From Escherichia coli (lineage in GTDB: Bacteria; Pseudomonadota; Gammaproteobacteria; Enterobacterales; Enterobacteriaceae): 64,000 nucleotides of DNA. This document shows positions 8,692 through 20,631 of this stretch, piece by piece. The notes below the pieces were generated by a model. That model did no database searches. It had not been told where the DNA came from and saw nothing but the letters and a program-made list of their open reading frames with translations. Each line of letters starts with the position of its first letter. Position 1 is the first letter of the stretch. Made by a program: the position numbers and the translations under genes. The DNA is taken from NCBI RefSeq assembly GCF_003018115.1, contig NZ_CP027457.1; one strand, written 5' to 3'.

Positions 8692-9498
8692 TTAACTGCG
8701 CGTCGCCGCTTTCATCGGTTGTACAAAAGCTTTCAGTGCCGCCAGCATTTTCTCTGGCTCATTAATATGTTGCTCGATGATTTTAACAATGGCCGAACCA
8801 GAAATCGCGCCCGCAGCTCCTGCATCAATCGCTGCTTTTACCTGATCCGGGGCGGAAATACCAAATCCCTGCAATGGAGGTGCAGCGTTGTACTCTTTCA
8901 GCTTCGCAACCAGATGATTGAGGGGTAACGCGGGGCGGTTTTCTGCGCCGGTCACGCCCGCTCGTGACAGCAAATAGGTGTAACCACGACCGTAAGAGGC
9001 TATCTGGCGCAGCAGGTCGTCATCGGCATTTGGCGGGCAGATGAAGATAGGTGCGACATTATGACGCAACGCGGCCTGGCGGAAGGGCGCGGACTCTTCA
9101 ACTGGCACATCGGCAACCAGCACCGAATCGACGCCGACTTTTTCGCACTGGGCATAAAACTCATCAATGCCTTTGTTAAACACCAGATTGGCATACATCA
9201 ACAGGCCAATGGGAATGGTCGGGTGTTTCTGGCGAATCAGTGCCAGCATTTCAAAACATTGTGCCGGAGTCACACCTGCCGCAAAGGCGCGCAGAGTGGC
9301 GTTTTGAATGGTCGGGCCATCCGCCAGTGGGTCGGAGAAGGGGATACCTAACTCCAGCGCGTCAGCACCGGCTTCAATTAGCGTATCGATAATTTTCAAT
9401 GACTGCTCAATGCCCGGATCCCCGAGCGTGACGAAAGGAACGAATGCGCCTTCTTTGCGCTCCTTCAACTGGGCAAACAGAGATTCGTAGCGTTCCAT
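8692..9498 (-). CDS. trpA: Tryptophan synthase alpha subunit
   Basis: 268 aa, [28 protein letters not shown]... Confidence 0.95.
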   Translation of the reverse strand: MERYESLFAQLKERKEGAFVPFVTLGDPGIEQSLKIIDTLIEAGADALELGIPFSDPLADGPTIQNATLRAFAAGVTPAQCFEMLALIRQKHPTIPIGLLMYANLVFNKGIDEFYAQCEKVGVDSVLVADVPVEESAPFRQAALRHNVAPIFICPPNADDDLLRQIASYGRGYTYLLSRAGVTGAENRPALPLNHLVAKLKEYNAAPPLQGFGISAPDQVKAAIDAGAAGAISGSAIVKIIEQHINEPEKMLAALKAFVQPMKAATRS

Positions 9499-10691
9499 CA
9501 GATTTCCCCTCGTGCTTTCAAAATATCGTGAACGGTGAAGATGTCTTTATCGCCGCGACCGGAAAGGTTAACCACCAGTAGCTGCTCTTTTTCCGGGTTT
9601 TCGCGCATCATTTTCAGTGCATGGGCCAGCGCGTGGGAGGATTCCAGCGCCGGGATAATCCCTTCGTGCAGGCAGAGCGTTTTGAAGGCTTCCAGTGCTT
9701 CATCATCGGTAATTGACACGTAATCAGCGCGTCCAGTGCTGTTAAGATACGCGTGTTGCGGGCCGACGGACGGGAAATCCAGCCCGGCAGAAATGGAGTA
9801 AGATTCTTCAATCTGCCCATCTTCGGTTTGCATCATCGGCGCTTTCATACCGAAATAGATGCCCACGCGACCATGTTTTAACGGTGCGCCGTGCTCGCCG
9901 GTTTCTATACCATGACCGCCAGGCTCCACGCCAATCAGGCCGACATTGGTTTCGTTGATGAAATCAGCAAACATGCCGATGGCATTCGAACCGCCGCCAA
10001 CACAGGCGATAACGGCATCCGGCAGGCGACCTTCTCTTTCCAGAATCTGCGCTTTGGTTTCTTCGCCAATCATCCGCTGAAACTCACGGACAATGGTCGG
10101 ATAAGGATGTGGGCCGGCTGCGGTGCCCAGCATGTAGTGCGCGGTTTCGTAACTGCCGGACCAGTCGCGTAGCGCCTCATTACAGGCATCTTTCAGCGTC
10201 GCGGAACCGCTATGCACCGGGATCACTTCCGCACCCATTAAACGCATACGAAAAACGTTAGGCGACTGGCGCTCAACGTCTTTGGCCCCCATATAAATAC
10301 GGCATTTCAGGCCGAGCAGGGCGCTGGCAAGGGCAGAGGCCACGCCATGCTGACCGGCACCGGTTTCGGCGATGATTTCGGTTTTACCCATCCGCTTCGC
10401 CAGCAAAGCCTGACCGAGTACCTGGTTGGTTTTATGCGCGCCGCCGTGCAGTAAATCTTCACGCTTCAGGTACAGCGTGGTGTTCGTGCCAGCCGTTATG
10501 TTCTGGCATTTGGTCAGTGCGGTTGGACGCCCGGCATAGTTTTTCAGTAGGTCGTTGAACTGGGCTTGAAATTCAGGATCTTTTTGCGCGCTGACAAAAG
10601 CTTCTTCCAGCTGGCGCAGAGCAGGCATCAGGATTTGTGGCACGTACATGCCGCCAAACTCACCAAAATAGGGGTTAAGTAATGTTGTCAT
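9498..10691 (-). CDS. trpB: Tryptophan synthase beta subunit
   Basis: 397 aa, [21 protein letters not shown]...; stop/start overlap with trpA. Confidence 0.95.
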   Translation of the reverse strand: MTTLLNPYFGEFGGMYVPQILMPALRQLEEAFVSAQKDPEFQAQFNDLLKNYAGRPTALTKCQNITAGTNTTLYLKREDLLHGGAHKTNQVLGQALLAKRMGKTEIIAETGAGQHGVASALASALLGLKCRIYMGAKDVERQSPNVFRMRLMGAEVIPVHSGSATLKDACNEALRDWSGSYETAHYMLGTAAGPHPYPTIVREFQRMIGEETKAQILEREGRLPDAVIACVGGGSNAIGMFADFINETNVGLIGVEPGGHGIETGEHGAPLKHGRVGIYFGMKAPMMQTEDGQIEESYSISAGLDFPSVGPQHAYLNSTGRADYVSITDDEALEAFKTLCLHEGIIPALESSHALAHALKMMRENPEKEQLLVVNLSGRGDKDIFTVHDILKARGEI

Positions 10692-10702
10692 TGTTCCTTT
10701 CC

Positions 10703-12064
10703 TTAATATGCGCGCAGCGTCTGGAAAACCGAGGCCAAAAGACGTGCGTCTTTGATGCCCGGTTGCGACTCTACAGCAGAATTAAAATCAAGTCCGGCGC
10801 AGCCGGTTTGTGCCGCTTCCACGCAGTTATCTGCGCCTAAGCCCCCCGCCAGCAGAACGTTGCCAAGCGATTGACCATTTAATAGTGACCAGTCGAAACG
10901 TTGCCCGCTTCCACCCTGGCCGTTGTCTAAAACATATTTATCAACGTGCTGAAGCTCGCGGGCGGGCAGGGTTTCACCGACGCTTAATGCTTTCCAGATG
11001 GCAACGTGTGCTGGCAGAGCTTCACGCAGCGTATCGATATACAGCTGATCTTCATTACCATGCAGTTGCACTGCCGCCAGCGATAACACCTTAGCTTTGT
11101 CCACCACATCGGCAATATCGTGATTGCGGAACACGCCAACATACTGCAACGGTGCCGCAGCCATCACTTCCTGCGCCTGTTCAACGTTGACGCAACGCGG
11201 TGATGTCGCAACCAAAATCAACCCACCGTAAATCGCGCCCGCGTCATAAGCTGCTTTAGCATCTTGCCCACGCGTCAGGCCACACACTTTATTCTCACCC
11301 AGCAACACCCGACGCACGGCGGCGTGCAAATCGTCATGGGCCATCAACGCCGAACCAATCAGAAAACCGTTAGCGAAGTGGCTTAACTCGCGCACCTGAG
11401 CGTAAGTATTGATGCCTGATTCGCTGATTACCGTCACGTTGTGCCCCAGTTTCGGCGCAAGCTCGCGGGTACGGTTGAGATCAATCGACAAATCACGCAG
11501 ATCGCGGTTGTTGATGCCAACGACCTTTGCCCCCAATGCAATGGCGCGCTCCAGCTCCTCTTCATTACTGACTTCGGTCAGCACCCCCATCTCCAGACTG
11601 TGAGCGACGGCTGCAAGCTGGCGATATTGGTCGTCATCCAGTACTGAAAGCATTAATAAGCAGGCATCGGCCTGGTAATAGCGCGCCAGATAGATCTGGT
11701 AAGGGTCGATAATGAAGTCTTTACATAAAATCGGCTGCGGGGCGATTTGGCTGACGATGGGGAGGAAATCAAAGCTCCCCTGAAAATATTTCTCATCAGT
11801 CAGCACCGAAATTGCCGAAGCGTAATGTTTATAAATGGCGGCAATGCGTGCTGGATCGAAATCATCACGGATCACGCCTTTTGACGGCGACGCTTTCTTG
11901 CACTCCAGAATAAACGCCGTGCGCGCACCCTGTAGCGCATCATAAAAATGTCGCGTGCTCGGCTGAACCTCATTCTGAAAACTGGCCAGCGGTTGCTGCT
12001 GTTTGCGGGCTTCTACCCAAATCGCCTTGTCTGCGACGATTTTCGCTAAAACGGTTTGCATCAT
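10703..12064 (-). CDS. trpC: Bifunctional indole-3-glycerol-phosphate synthase / phosphoribosylanthranilate isomerase
   Basis: 453 aa; position in trpEDCBA. Confidence 0.95.
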   Translation of the reverse strand: MMQTVLAKIVADKAIWVEARKQQQPLASFQNEVQPSTRHFYDALQGARTAFILECKKASPSKGVIRDDFDPARIAAIYKHYASAISVLTDEKYFQGSFDFLPIVSQIAPQPILCKDFIIDPYQIYLARYYQADACLLMLSVLDDDQYRQLAAVAHSLEMGVLTEVSNEEELERAIALGAKVVGINNRDLRDLSIDLNRTRELAPKLGHNVTVISESGINTYAQVRELSHFANGFLIGSALMAHDDLHAAVRRVLLGENKVCGLTRGQDAKAAYDAGAIYGGLILVATSPRCVNVEQAQEVMAAAPLQYVGVFRNHDIADVVDKAKVLSLAAVQLHGNEDQLYIDTLREALPAHVAIWKALSVGETLPARELQHVDKYVLDNGQGGSGQRFDWSLLNGQSLGNVLLAGGLGADNCVEAAQTGCAGLDFNSAVESQPGIKDARLLASVFQTLRAY

Positions 12065-13660
12065 TTACCCTCGTGCCGCCAGTGCGGTGACTCTGTCGTA
12101 AGCGGAACCACTGCGCAGTACCTCAAGAACGGTTTGCGCATTGGCTTGCAGATCTTCATGGCCATGCAGGCGCATTAACATGGCGACGTTCGCAGCGACG
12201 GCTGCTTCATGGGCGGCGTCGCCTTTACCTTGTAACAAACGTGTTAAAATGTCACGGTTTTCTTCCGGTGTTCCGCCTGCCAGTTGCTCCTGGTGGTAGG
12301 GCGTCAGGCCAAAATCTTCAGCGGTCAATTGATAGCTCTTAATTTCGCCGTCATGCAGCTCGGCAACGATTGTCGGCGCGTGTAATGAAACTTCATCCAT
12401 CCCGCCGCTGTGCACCACCGCCGCGCGTTGATACCCCAGCACGCGCAAGGTTTCGGCAATCGGCAGCACCAGTTCCGGACTATAAACACCAATTAACGCC
12501 AGCGGCGGATGCGCCGGGTTAATCAATGGCCCCAGCACATTGAACAGGGTGCGGGTTTTCAGTTGCTGGCGAACCGGCATCGCGTGACGGAATCCGGTGT
12601 GATACTTCGGCGCAAAGAGGAAACAAACACCTAACTCATCCAGCGCCTGGCGCGATTTATCGGCGTTCATATCAAGATTAATACCGAACGCCGCCAGCAG
12701 ATCGGACGAACCAGATTTACTGGAGACGCTACGGTTGCCGTGTTTCGCCACTTTCAGCCCACAGGCCGCGGCGACAAACGCACTGGCGGTAGAAATATTG
12801 ATACTGTTGCTGCCGTCACCGCCAGTACCGACGATATCAGCAAACAGATAATCCGGGCGCGGGAACGGCGCTGCGTTTTCCAGTAGCGCGGTTGCTGCCC
12901 CGGCGATCTCGTTCGGGTGCTCGCCGCGAATTTTCATGCTCACCAGCGCCGCCGCCAGTTGTTCCGGCTTCAGCTCGCCACGCACCACCGCTGAAAACAG
13001 CTGGTGGCTTTCTTGTTGGCTAAGCGTCTGCGCCTGATACAGTTTTTCCAGAATCGGTTGCAGCGTGTTGGCTGGCTCTAGCTTCTGCTGCGCCCAGGCC
13101 AGCGTTTGTTCCAGCAGGCGAGCGCCCTGGGTGGTGAGAATGGATTCCGGATGGAACTGGAATCCACAAACGCGATCCGCATCGTGACGTACTGCCATCA
13201 CCATGCCATTAAAATGGGCGTTGATGGTTAAACCTGCCGGAATGTTACTGCCAACCAGCGAGTGATAACGCGCCACCGGCAATGGGTTTGTTAATCCGGC
13301 AAACATCGCCTGACCGTCGTGTTCAATGCTGGAGGCTTTACCGTGGAGAATTTCGCCCGCCTGACCGACATAGCCCCCGTAAGCTTCGACAATCGCCTGA
13401 TGACCGAGGCAAATGCCAATAATCGGCAGCTTACCGCGCAGGCGGGTAAGGAGTTCTGGCATACAACCGGCTTCACTCGGCACACCTGGCCCCGGAGAAA
13501 GCATCAGCACCGGATTGCTCATCGTCGCCAGGCGTTCAATTAAGGTTTGCGCCGGAATATGGTTGCGGTAAATCACCACGTTATGCCCATTGCTGCGCAA
13601 CTGATCTGCCAGGTTATAAGTAAAAGAGTCGATATTATCGAGCAGCAGAATGTCAGCCAT
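12065..13660 (-). CDS. trpD: Anthranilate synthase component II / anthranilate phosphoribosyltransferase
   Basis: 531 aa; [17 protein letters not shown]... Confidence 0.95.
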   Translation of the reverse strand: MADILLLDNIDSFTYNLADQLRSNGHNVVIYRNHIPAQTLIERLATMSNPVLMLSPGPGVPSEAGCMPELLTRLRGKLPIIGICLGHQAIVEAYGGYVGQAGEILHGKASSIEHDGQAMFAGLTNPLPVARYHSLVGSNIPAGLTINAHFNGMVMAVRHDADRVCGFQFHPESILTTQGARLLEQTLAWAQQKLEPANTLQPILEKLYQAQTLSQQESHQLFSAVVRGELKPEQLAAALVSMKIRGEHPNEIAGAATALLENAAPFPRPDYLFADIVGTGGDGSNSINISTASAFVAAACGLKVAKHGNRSVSSKSGSSDLLAAFGINLDMNADKSRQALDELGVCFLFAPKYHTGFRHAMPVRQQLKTRTLFNVLGPLINPAHPPLALIGVYSPELVLPIAETLRVLGYQRAAVVHSGGMDEVSLHAPTIVAELHDGEIKSYQLTAEDFGLTPYHQEQLAGGTPEENRDILTRLLQGKGDAAHEAAVAANVAMLMRLHGHEDLQANAQTVLEVLRSGSAYDRVTALAARG

Positions 13661-15222
13661 CAGAAAGTCTCCTGTGCATGATGCGCGGTGGCGATAGCGC
13701 GCAGTACAGCGCGAGCTTTATTACGGGTTTCGTCGGCTTCCGACTGCGGAACAGAATCAAGGACTACGCCAGCACCGGCTTGCACGGTGGCGATACCGTT
13801 TTCCACCAGCGCCGAGCGGATCACAATGCAGGTGTCGAGATCGCCATGCGCGGTGAAATAACCTACCGCGCCGCCGTAGCTGCCGCGGCGACGACCTTCA
13901 GCCTCGGCAATTAACTGCATAGCGCGTACTTTCGGCGCACCGCTTAACGTACCCATATTCATACAGGCGCGGTAAGCGTGCAGGGCGTCAAGATCGTGGC
14001 GCAGCTCACCGACCACGCGAGAGACCAGGTGCATCACGTAAGAGTAACGGTCAACTTTGGTAAGATCGGCGACGTAGCGGCTGCCGGGGGTGCAAATGCG
14101 TGCCAGGTCATTACGGGCGAGATCCACCAACATCAGATGTTCAGAAAGCTCTTTATGATCGGTACGCATTTCCAGTTCGATGCGGCTGTCGAGGTCTCTG
14201 TCCAGTGAACCATCGGCACGACGACCGCGCGGGCGTGTTCCGGCAATCGGGTAGATCTCAATCTGGCGGCTGGTGGCGTCATACTTGAGCGAACTTTCCG
14301 GCGACGCGCCAAACAGGGTGAAATCATTATCCTGCATAAAAAACATGTACGGGCTGGGATTACTCTTTTTCAGCACGTAATAGGCCGCCAGCGGTGACGG
14401 GCAGGGCAGAGAGAAACGGCGAGATGGCACCACCTGGAAAATTTCTCCGGCGCGAATCGCTTTTTGCAACAAACGCACTACGCCACCGAACTCTTCATCG
14501 CTCTGGTTACATTCACAACGCATATACGGCACGGAAACCACCGGCAGCGGTGGCGCGGTTTCGGTCAGTTGCTGGCGAAGATCGTTCAGGCGAGCAGTGA
14601 GACGCTGTTTTTCTTCTTCATTCGGAGCAAACAGACTGGCCTGAATGCGGGTGCTTTTTTTCTGATGGTCAATCACCATCAGCGTTTCAGCGAGATAAAA
14701 ACAGAAATCAGGGCAGTTATTTTCCGCTGACAGTTGCGGTAAATCTTCAAACCCCGCCACAAGGTCATAAGAGAACAGGCCGCCGAAGAACATTGCTTCT
14801 CGTTCTTCCTTCGGTACATTCAACATATTCTGCAATAAGCGGAAAGCGTCAAAAACCGAAAGGGAGCATAAGCGAGCGTCTTCATCCAGCAGTGGACTGA
14901 CAGGGGGGAAGCGCAGCACACGGCAGTTTGGTAATTGTTCATTTTCCACACCCGCAGGCAGGGCGTTATCCAGTAGTGTCAGCAGGGCTTCGCCGTTGCC
15001 GGAAAGGGACTGGATTGTGACAGTGTCACCTAATGCTGTAATGCGCAGCGCACTGTCTACCAGTAGCAGGCTTTTTAAATCATCTTTGCTGTCGATATCT
15101 GCGGATTCCAGCAGCAGCGTTGCCGGACGATCCCCACACAACTGGTGAAAAAGCGCGGTGGGATTGTCGCGATAAGCGCCTTCGCAGGTTAGCAGTTCGA
15201 GAGTCGGTTTTTGTGTTTGCAT
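13660..15222 (-). CDS. trpE: Anthranilate synthase component I
   Basis: 520 aa; [28 protein letters not shown]... Confidence 0.95.
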   Translation of the reverse strand: MQTQKPTLELLTCEGAYRDNPTALFHQLCGDRPATLLLESADIDSKDDLKSLLLVDSALRITALGDTVTIQSLSGNGEALLTLLDNALPAGVENEQLPNCRVLRFPPVSPLLDEDARLCSLSVFDAFRLLQNMLNVPKEEREAMFFGGLFSYDLVAGFEDLPQLSAENNCPDFCFYLAETLMVIDHQKKSTRIQASLFAPNEEEKQRLTARLNDLRQQLTETAPPLPVVSVPYMRCECNQSDEEFGGVVRLLQKAIRAGEIFQVVPSRRFSLPCPSPLAAYYVLKKSNPSPYMFFMQDNDFTLFGASPESSLKYDATSRQIEIYPIAGTRPRGRRADGSLDRDLDSRIELEMRTDHKELSEHLMLVDLARNDLARICTPGSRYVADLTKVDRYSYVMHLVSRVVGELRHDLDALHAYRACMNMGTLSGAPKVRAMQLIAEAEGRRRGSYGGAVGYFTAHGDLDTCIVIRSALVENGIATVQAGAGVVLDSVPQSEADETRNKARAVLRAIATAHHAQETF

Positions 15223-15243
15223 TGTTATTCTCTAATTTTGTTC

Positions 15244-15272
15244 AAAAAAAAGCCCGCTCATTAGGCGGGCTG
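15244..15272 (-). terminator. trp attenuator (3:4 terminator hairpin)
   Basis: - strand AGCCCGCCTAATGAGCGGGCTTTTTTTT between trpL and trpE. Confidence 0.9.
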
Positions 15273-15313
15273 GGTATCTGATTGCTTTACGCATGGTGAA
15301 TACACTGCCCGTT

Positions 15314-15358
15314 TCAGGAAGTGCGCCACCAAGCTTTCAGTACGAAAATTGCTTTCAT
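15314..15358 (-). CDS. trpL: trp operon leader peptide
   Basis: ATGAAAGCAATTTTCGTACTGAAAGGTTGGTGGCGCACTTCCTGA = [14 protein letters not shown] with tandem Trp codons. Confidence 0.9.
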   Translation of the reverse strand: [14 protein letters not shown]

Positions 15359-15379
15359 TGTCGATACCCTTTTTACGTG

Positions 15380-15422
15380 AACTTGCGTACTAGTTAACTA
15401 GTTCGATGATTAATTGTCAACA
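15380..15422 (-). promoter_or_regulatory. trp promoter with TrpR operator
   Basis: - strand TTGACA (plus 15415-15420), TTAACT -10, and palindromic operator CGAACTAGTTAACTAGTACG (plus 15386-15405). Confidence 0.9.
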
Positions 15423-15494
15423 GCTCATTTCAGAATATTTGCCAGAACCGTTATGATGTCGGCGCAAAAACATTATCCAGAACGGGAGTGCGCC

Positions 15495-16376
15495 TTGAGC
15501 GACACGAATTACGCAGTGATTTACGACCTGCACAGCCATACCACAGCTTCCGATGGCTGCCTGACGCCAGAAGCATTGGTGCACCGTGCAGTCGAGATGC
15601 GCGTCGGCACCCTGGCGATCACCGACCATGACACCACAGCTGCAATCGCGCCAGCAAGAGAGGAAATTTCACGTTCGGGACTGGCGCTGAATCTTATTCC
15701 CGGCGTGGAAATTTCCACGGTCTGGGAAAATCATGAGATTCATATTGTCGGGCTGAATATTGATATTACTCATCCGCTAATGTGTGAGTTCCTCGCGCAG
15801 CAGACAGAACGGCGCAATCAGCGGGCGCAGCTCATTGCCGAAAGACTTGAAAAAGCGCAAATACCTGGGGCGCTGGAAGGCGCGCAACGACTGGCGCAGG
15901 GCGGCGCGGTGACGCGCGGTCATTTTGCGCGTTTCCTTGTTGAGTGCGGCAAAGCCAGTTCAATGGCGGATGTCTTTAAAAAGTATCTGGCGCGCGGGAA
16001 AACCGGATATGTTCCGCCACAGTGGTGTACAATAGAACAAGCTATTGATGTCATTCATCATTCTGGCGGTAAGGCGGTGCTAGCTCATCCTGGGCGGTAC
16101 AATCTTAGTGCTAAATGGCTGAAAAGATTGGTTGCGCATTTTGCCGAACACCACGGCGACGCGATGGAAGTCGCGCAGTGCCAGCAATCGCCCAATGAAC
16201 GCACCCAGCTGGCGACACTTGCGCGTCAGCATCATTTATGGGCATCACAAGGATCTGATTTTCATCAGCCATGCCCGTGGATCGAACTGGGTCGTAAACT
16301 CTGGCTGCCCGCAGGCGTTGAAGGCGTCTGGCAGCTATGGGAACAGCCGCAGAACACCACAGAGAGGGAATTATGA
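15495..16376 (+). CDS. trpH: PHP-domain phosphoesterase TrpH/YciV
   Basis: 293-aa product if translation starts at TTG 15495 (LSDTNYAVIYDLHSHTTASDG...); the track's upstream extension overlaps the trp promoter. Confidence 0.8.
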   Translation: MSDTNYAVIYDLHSHTTASDGCLTPEALVHRAVEMRVGTLAITDHDTTAAIAPAREEISRSGLALNLIPGVEISTVWENHEIHIVGLNIDITHPLMCEFLAQQTERRNQRAQLIAERLEKAQIPGALEGAQRLAQGGAVTRGHFARFLVECGKASSMADVFKKYLARGKTGYVPPQWCTIEQAIDVIHHSGGKAVLAHPGRYNLSAKWLKRLVAHFAEHHGDAMEVAQCQQSPNERTQLATLARQHHLWASQGSDFHQPCPWIELGRKLWLPAGVEGVWQLWEQPQNTTEREL

Positions 16377-16993
16377 GCCAGTTTTTTTATATTCATCCTG
16401 ATAACCCACAGCAACGTCTGATCAACCAGGCGGTGGAGATCGTGCGTAAAGGCGGGGTGATTGTTTATCCAACTGATTCCGGCTATGCGCTCGGCTGTAA
16501 AATTGAAGATAAAAACGCCATGGAGCGTATTTGTCGTATTCGCCAGCTGCCGGACGGTCACAACTTTACCCTGATGTGTCGCGATCTTTCTGAACTCTCG
16601 ACCTATTCATTTGTCGATAACGTTGCGTTTCGTTTAATGAAAAACAACACGCCGGGCAACTATACCTTCATCCTGAAGGGGACGAAGGAAGTGCCACGCC
16701 GTCTGTTGCAGGAAAAACGCAAAACCATCGGTATGCGTGTGCCTTCTAACCCGATTGCGCAGGCGTTGCTTGAAGCACTGGGCGAACCGATGCTTTCCAC
16801 TTCGCTAATGCTGCCAGGCAGCGAATTTACCGAATCCGATCCCGAAGAAATTAAAGACCGTCTGGAAAAACAGGTAGATTTGATTATTCACGGCGGCTAT
16901 CTCGGGCAGAAACCGACAACGGTTATTGATCTTACCGATGATACGCCGGTCGTGGTGCGTGAAGGCGTAGGTGATGTGAAGCCTTTCTTATAA
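16373..16993 (+). CDS. yciO: L-threonylcarbamoyladenylate synthase-like (Sua5/YrdC family) YciO
   Basis: MSQFFYIHPDNPQQRLINQAVEIVRKGGVIVYPTDSGYALG...; 4-bp overlap with trpH stop. Confidence 0.9.
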   Translation: MSQFFYIHPDNPQQRLINQAVEIVRKGGVIVYPTDSGYALGCKIEDKNAMERICRIRQLPDGHNFTLMCRDLSELSTYSFVDNVAFRLMKNNTPGNYTFILKGTKEVPRRLLQEKRKTIGMRVPSNPIAQALLEALGEPMLSTSLMLPGSEFTESDPEEIKDRLEKQVDLIIHGGYLGQKPTTVIDLTDDTPVVVREGVGDVKPFL

Positions 16994-17020
16994 CAAATTG
17001 CGTTCCACGGATGGAAGACT

Positions 17021-18916
17021 ATGGCAGGGAAGTTTCGCTGCATTTTGCTGTTGATAGCAGGGCTGTTTGTATCATCTCTAAGTTATGCAGAAAACACGGA
17101 GATCCCTTCTTATGAAGAAGGGATCTCGCTCTTTGATGTTGAAGCCACTCTGCAACCGGATGGGGTGCTCGACATCAAAGAGAACATTCATTTTCAGGCG
17201 CGAAATCAGCAGATTAAGCACGGATTTTATCGTGATTTACCACGACTCTGGATGCAGCCTGATGGGGACGCTGCACTGCTGAACTATCATATTGTTGGCG
17301 TCACCCGTGATGGTATTCCTGAACCCTGGCATCTTGACTGGCATATCGGGTTAATGAGTATTGTCGTGGGCGATAAACAACGTTTCTTGCCTCAAGGCGA
17401 CTATCATTATCAAATTCATTATCAGGTTAAAAATGCTTTCCTGCGTGAGGGGGATTCTGATCTGCTAATTTGGAACGTGACCGGTAACAACTGGCCGTTT
17501 GAAATTTATAAGACCCGTTTTTCTCTCCAGTTCTCTAATATTGCGGGTAATCCATTTAGCGAAATCGATCTCTTTACCGGAGAAGAGGGCGACACATATC
17601 GTAATGGCCGCATCCTTGAGGACGGAAGAATTGAATCCCGCGATCCGTTTTATCGTGAAGATTTCACGGTCCTCTACCGCTGGCCTCACGCTTTACTTAG
17701 CAATGCCCCGGCTCCGCAAACGACGAATATTTTCAGCCATCTTCTTTTACCCTCCACGTCATCGTTGTTAATTTGGTTTCCGTGTCTGTTCCTGGTTTGT
17801 GGATGGTTATATCTCTGGAAGCGCAGGCCGCAATTTACGCCGGTAGATGTGATTGAAACCGATGTCATTCCGCCAGATTACACGCCCGGCATGTTACGTC
17901 TCGATGCGAAGCTGGTTTACGACGATAAAGGTTTTTGTGCCGATATCGTAAATCTGATAGTGAAAGGAAAAATTCATCTGGAAGATCAGTCTGACAAGAA
18001 CCAGCAAACCCTGATTCGTGTTAATGAAGGCGTGACCAGAAATAATGCGGTATTACTGCCCGCAGAACAGTTATTACTGGAAGCGTTATTTCGTAAAGGC
18101 GATAAGGTCGTTCTTACGGGGAGACGCAACAGAGTCTTACGCAGGGCATTTTTACGGATGCAGAAATTTTATCTGCCGCGTAAAAAGTCTTCGTTTTACC
18201 GGCCTGATACGTTTTTGCAATGGGGTGGACTGGCAATATTGGCGGTCATTCTCTACGGTAACCTGAGTCCTGTAGGCTGGGCAGGAATGAGTCTGGTGGG
18301 CGATATGTTTATTATGATCTGCTGGCTTCTTCCTTTTTTATTTTGTTCCCTTGAGCTTTTGTTTGCCCGCGATGATGACAAGCCTTGCGTTAATCGTGTC
18401 ATCATCACTTTGTTTTTACCGCTGATTTGTTCAGGCGTGGCCTTTTATTCTCTCTATATCAATGTCGGAGATGTATTCTTTTACTGGTATATGCCAGCGG
18501 GTTATTTTAGCGCTGTTTTCCTGACCGGTTATCTCACTGGTATGGGGTATATTTTTCTGCCAAAGTTTACCCAAACTGGGCAGCAACGTTATGCCCACGG
18601 TGAAGCTATCGTTAACTATCTTGCGCGTAAAGAGGCGGCAACACACAGTGGGCGTCGGCGGAAAGGGGAAACACGGAAACTGGATTACGCGTTGCTAGGT
18701 TGGGCAGTCTCAGCAAACCTTGGAAGAGAATGGGTAGCACGTATCACCCCATCACTCACAGCGGCTGTTAGCGCCCCGGAAATTGCCCGTAGTGGCGTTT
18801 TGTTCTCATTACAGATGCACCTGAGTCTGGGGGCCAATACCAGTTTGTTGGGGCGAAGTTATTCCGGTGGTGGTGCTGGCGGCGGCGCGGGTGGCGGAGG
18901 CGGTGGTGGCTGGTAA
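17021..18916 (+). CDS. yciQ: DUF2207-type membrane protein YciQ with Gly-rich C-terminal tail
   Basis: 631 aa; signal peptide plus hydrophobic segments; ends GGGAGGGAGGGGGGGW. Confidence 0.85.
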   Translation: MAGKFRCILLLIAGLFVSSLSYAENTEIPSYEEGISLFDVEATLQPDGVLDIKENIHFQARNQQIKHGFYRDLPRLWMQPDGDAALLNYHIVGVTRDGIPEPWHLDWHIGLMSIVVGDKQRFLPQGDYHYQIHYQVKNAFLREGDSDLLIWNVTGNNWPFEIYKTRFSLQFSNIAGNPFSEIDLFTGEEGDTYRNGRILEDGRIESRDPFYREDFTVLYRWPHALLSNAPAPQTTNIFSHLLLPSTSSLLIWFPCLFLVCGWLYLWKRRPQFTPVDVIETDVIPPDYTPGMLRLDAKLVYDDKGFCADIVNLIVKGKIHLEDQSDKNQQTLIRVNEGVTRNNAVLLPAEQLLLEALFRKGDKVVLTGRRNRVLRRAFLRMQKFYLPRKKSSFYRPDTFLQWGGLAILAVILYGNLSPVGWAGMSLVGDMFIMICWLLPFLFCSLELLFARDDDKPCVNRVIITLFLPLICSGVAFYSLYINVGDVFFYWYMPAGYFSAVFLTGYLTGMGYIFLPKFTQTGQQRYAHGEAIVNYLARKEAATHSGRRRKGETRKLDYALLGWAVSANLGREWVARITPSLTAAVSAPEIARSGVLFSLQMHLSLGANTSLLGRSYSGGGAGGGAGGGGGGGW

Positions 18917-19128
18917 TTAAGCTGATGTTAATCGAAACAAGCTTTAACCATAAAGATAGTGTAGTATGTTGCGCCTCAAAGCCAGGCCAGTTAAAACGTC
19001 GAGTCGTTTACTTAAGGCCTGAAGAGTTCAAACAGACTTTACTATCAGTGAGTCAGATGTAAGTTCTGACTCACTGTTGCACAAAAGCATATCAGACGCC
19101 TGGGAAGGCGACACCAAAAGGAAGCTCT

Positions 19129-20001
19129 ATGAGCGAAAAGCTACAGAAAGTGCTGGCGCGTGCCGGCCACGGTTCTCGCCGTGAAATCGAATCTATTATT
19201 GAAGCCGGTCGTGTGAGTGTTGATGGCAAAATTGCTAAACTCGGCGATCGCGTTGAAGTTACCCCTGGATTGAAAATCCGTATCGATGGTCACCTGATTT
19301 CGGTACGTGAGTCCGCTGAACAAATTTGTCGCGTTCTGGCCTATTACAAACCGGAAGGTGAGTTGTGTACCCGTAACGATCCGGAAGGACGTCCAACGGT
19401 GTTTGACCGTCTGCCAAAACTGCGTGGCGCACGCTGGATTGCCGTGGGTCGCTTGGACGTTAATACCTGTGGTCTGCTGCTGTTCACCACCGATGGTGAA
19501 CTGGCAAACCGTTTAATGCACCCAAGCCGTGAAGTTGAACGTGAATATGCCGTGCGTGTATTTGGTCAGGTTGACGACGCGAAACTGCGTGATTTGAGTC
19601 GTGGCGTGCAGTTGGAAGATGGTCCGGCAGCTTTTAAAACCATCAAGTTCAGCGGCGGCGAAGGGATCAACCAGTGGTACAACGTGACTCTGACCGAAGG
19701 CCGTAACCGTGAAGTTCGTCGTCTGTGGGAAGCGGTTGGTGTGCAGGTGAGCCGCCTGATCCGTGTTCGTTACGGTGATATCCCACTGCCAAAAGGTCTG
19801 CCACGCGGTGGCTGGACGGAGCTGGACCTCGCCCAGACTAACTATCTGCGCGAACTGGTGGAGCTACCGCCAGAAACCAGCTCTAAAGTCGCTGTAGAAA
19901 AAGACCGTCGTCGCATGAAGGCGAATCAGATTCGTCGAGCGGTGAAACGTCACAGTCAGGTGAGCGGCGGTCGTCGTTCTGGCGGGCGTAATAACGGTTA
20001 A
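19129..20001 (+). CDS. rluB: 23S rRNA pseudouridine synthase RluB
   Basis: 290 aa; S4-like N-terminus, Arg-rich C-terminus. Confidence 0.9.
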   Translation: MSEKLQKVLARAGHGSRREIESIIEAGRVSVDGKIAKLGDRVEVTPGLKIRIDGHLISVRESAEQICRVLAYYKPEGELCTRNDPEGRPTVFDRLPKLRGARWIAVGRLDVNTCGLLLFTTDGELANRLMHPSREVEREYAVRVFGQVDDAKLRDLSRGVQLEDGPAAFKTIKFSGGEGINQWYNVTLTEGRNREVRRLWEAVGVQVSRLIRVRYGDIPLPKGLPRGGWTELDLAQTNYLRELVELPPETSSKVAVEKDRRRMKANQIRRAVKRHSQVSGGRRSGGRNNG

Positions 20002-20010
20002 TCAAAGAAT

Positions 20011-20036
20011 GCCGGACGTCATATCCGGCATTTTTA
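20011..20036. terminator. Bidirectional terminator between rluB and btuR
   Basis: gccgga / tccggc stem followed by T5. Confidence 0.5.
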
Positions 20037-20040
20037 CAGA

Positions 20041-20631
20041 TTAATAATCGATCCCTATCTGCGCTTTTACACCGGCATCAAACGCATGTTTGATGGGGCG
20101 CAGCTCACTCACCGTATCCGCCAGTTCAAGAATATCCCGATGACAGCCTCGACCCGTGATAATCACCGTCTGTTGATGTGGACGTTCATTTAACGCCTGC
20201 ACCACTTCTTCCAGTGGCAAATAGTCATACGCCACCATATAAGTCAGCTCATCAAGCAAAACCATATCCAGTGAAGGATCGGCAAGCATCCGCTTTGCAT
20301 GTTGCCAGACTTCACGGCAGGCAGCGGTATCAGACTCGCGATTTTGTGTATCCCAGGTAAAGCCCGTTGCCATCACCTGAAACTCAACGCCATGTGGCTC
20401 CAGCAGATTGCGTTCGCCATTAGGCCAGGTGCCTTTAATAAACTGCACGACGCCCACTTTTTTTCCGTGACCAACTGCGCGTGTTGCCGTACCAAATGCC
20501 GCGGTGGTTTTGCCTTTTCCATTGCCGGTAAAGACGATGATAATACCGCGTTCATCCTGGGCCTGGGCCACACGAGCATCTACTTTTTCTTTCACTCGCT
20601 GCTGACGCTGTTGGTAGCGTTCATCACTCAT
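20041..20631 (-). CDS. btuR: Cob(I)yrinic acid a,c-diamide adenosyltransferase
   Basis: 196 aa; P-loop GNGKGKTTAAFG. Confidence 0.9.
   Translation of the reverse strand: MSDERYQQRQQRVKEKVDARVAQAQDERGIIIVFTGNGKGKTTAAFGTATRAVGHGKKVGVVQFIKGTWPNGERNLLEPHGVEFQVMATGFTWDTQNRESDTAACREVWQHAKRMLADPSLDMVLLDELTYMVAYDYLPLEEVVQALNERPHQQTVIITGRGCHRDILELADTVSELRPIKHAFDAGVKAQIGIDY

Noticed and set aside
8662-8928. 88-aa + strand ORF across the trpA 3' end
   Set aside because: Overlaps the trp t terminator and trpA antisense; no RBS
15414-15494. 27-codon N-terminal extension of trpH in the ORF track
   Set aside because: It would run through the trp promoter/operator; the canonical product begins at the TTG at 15495
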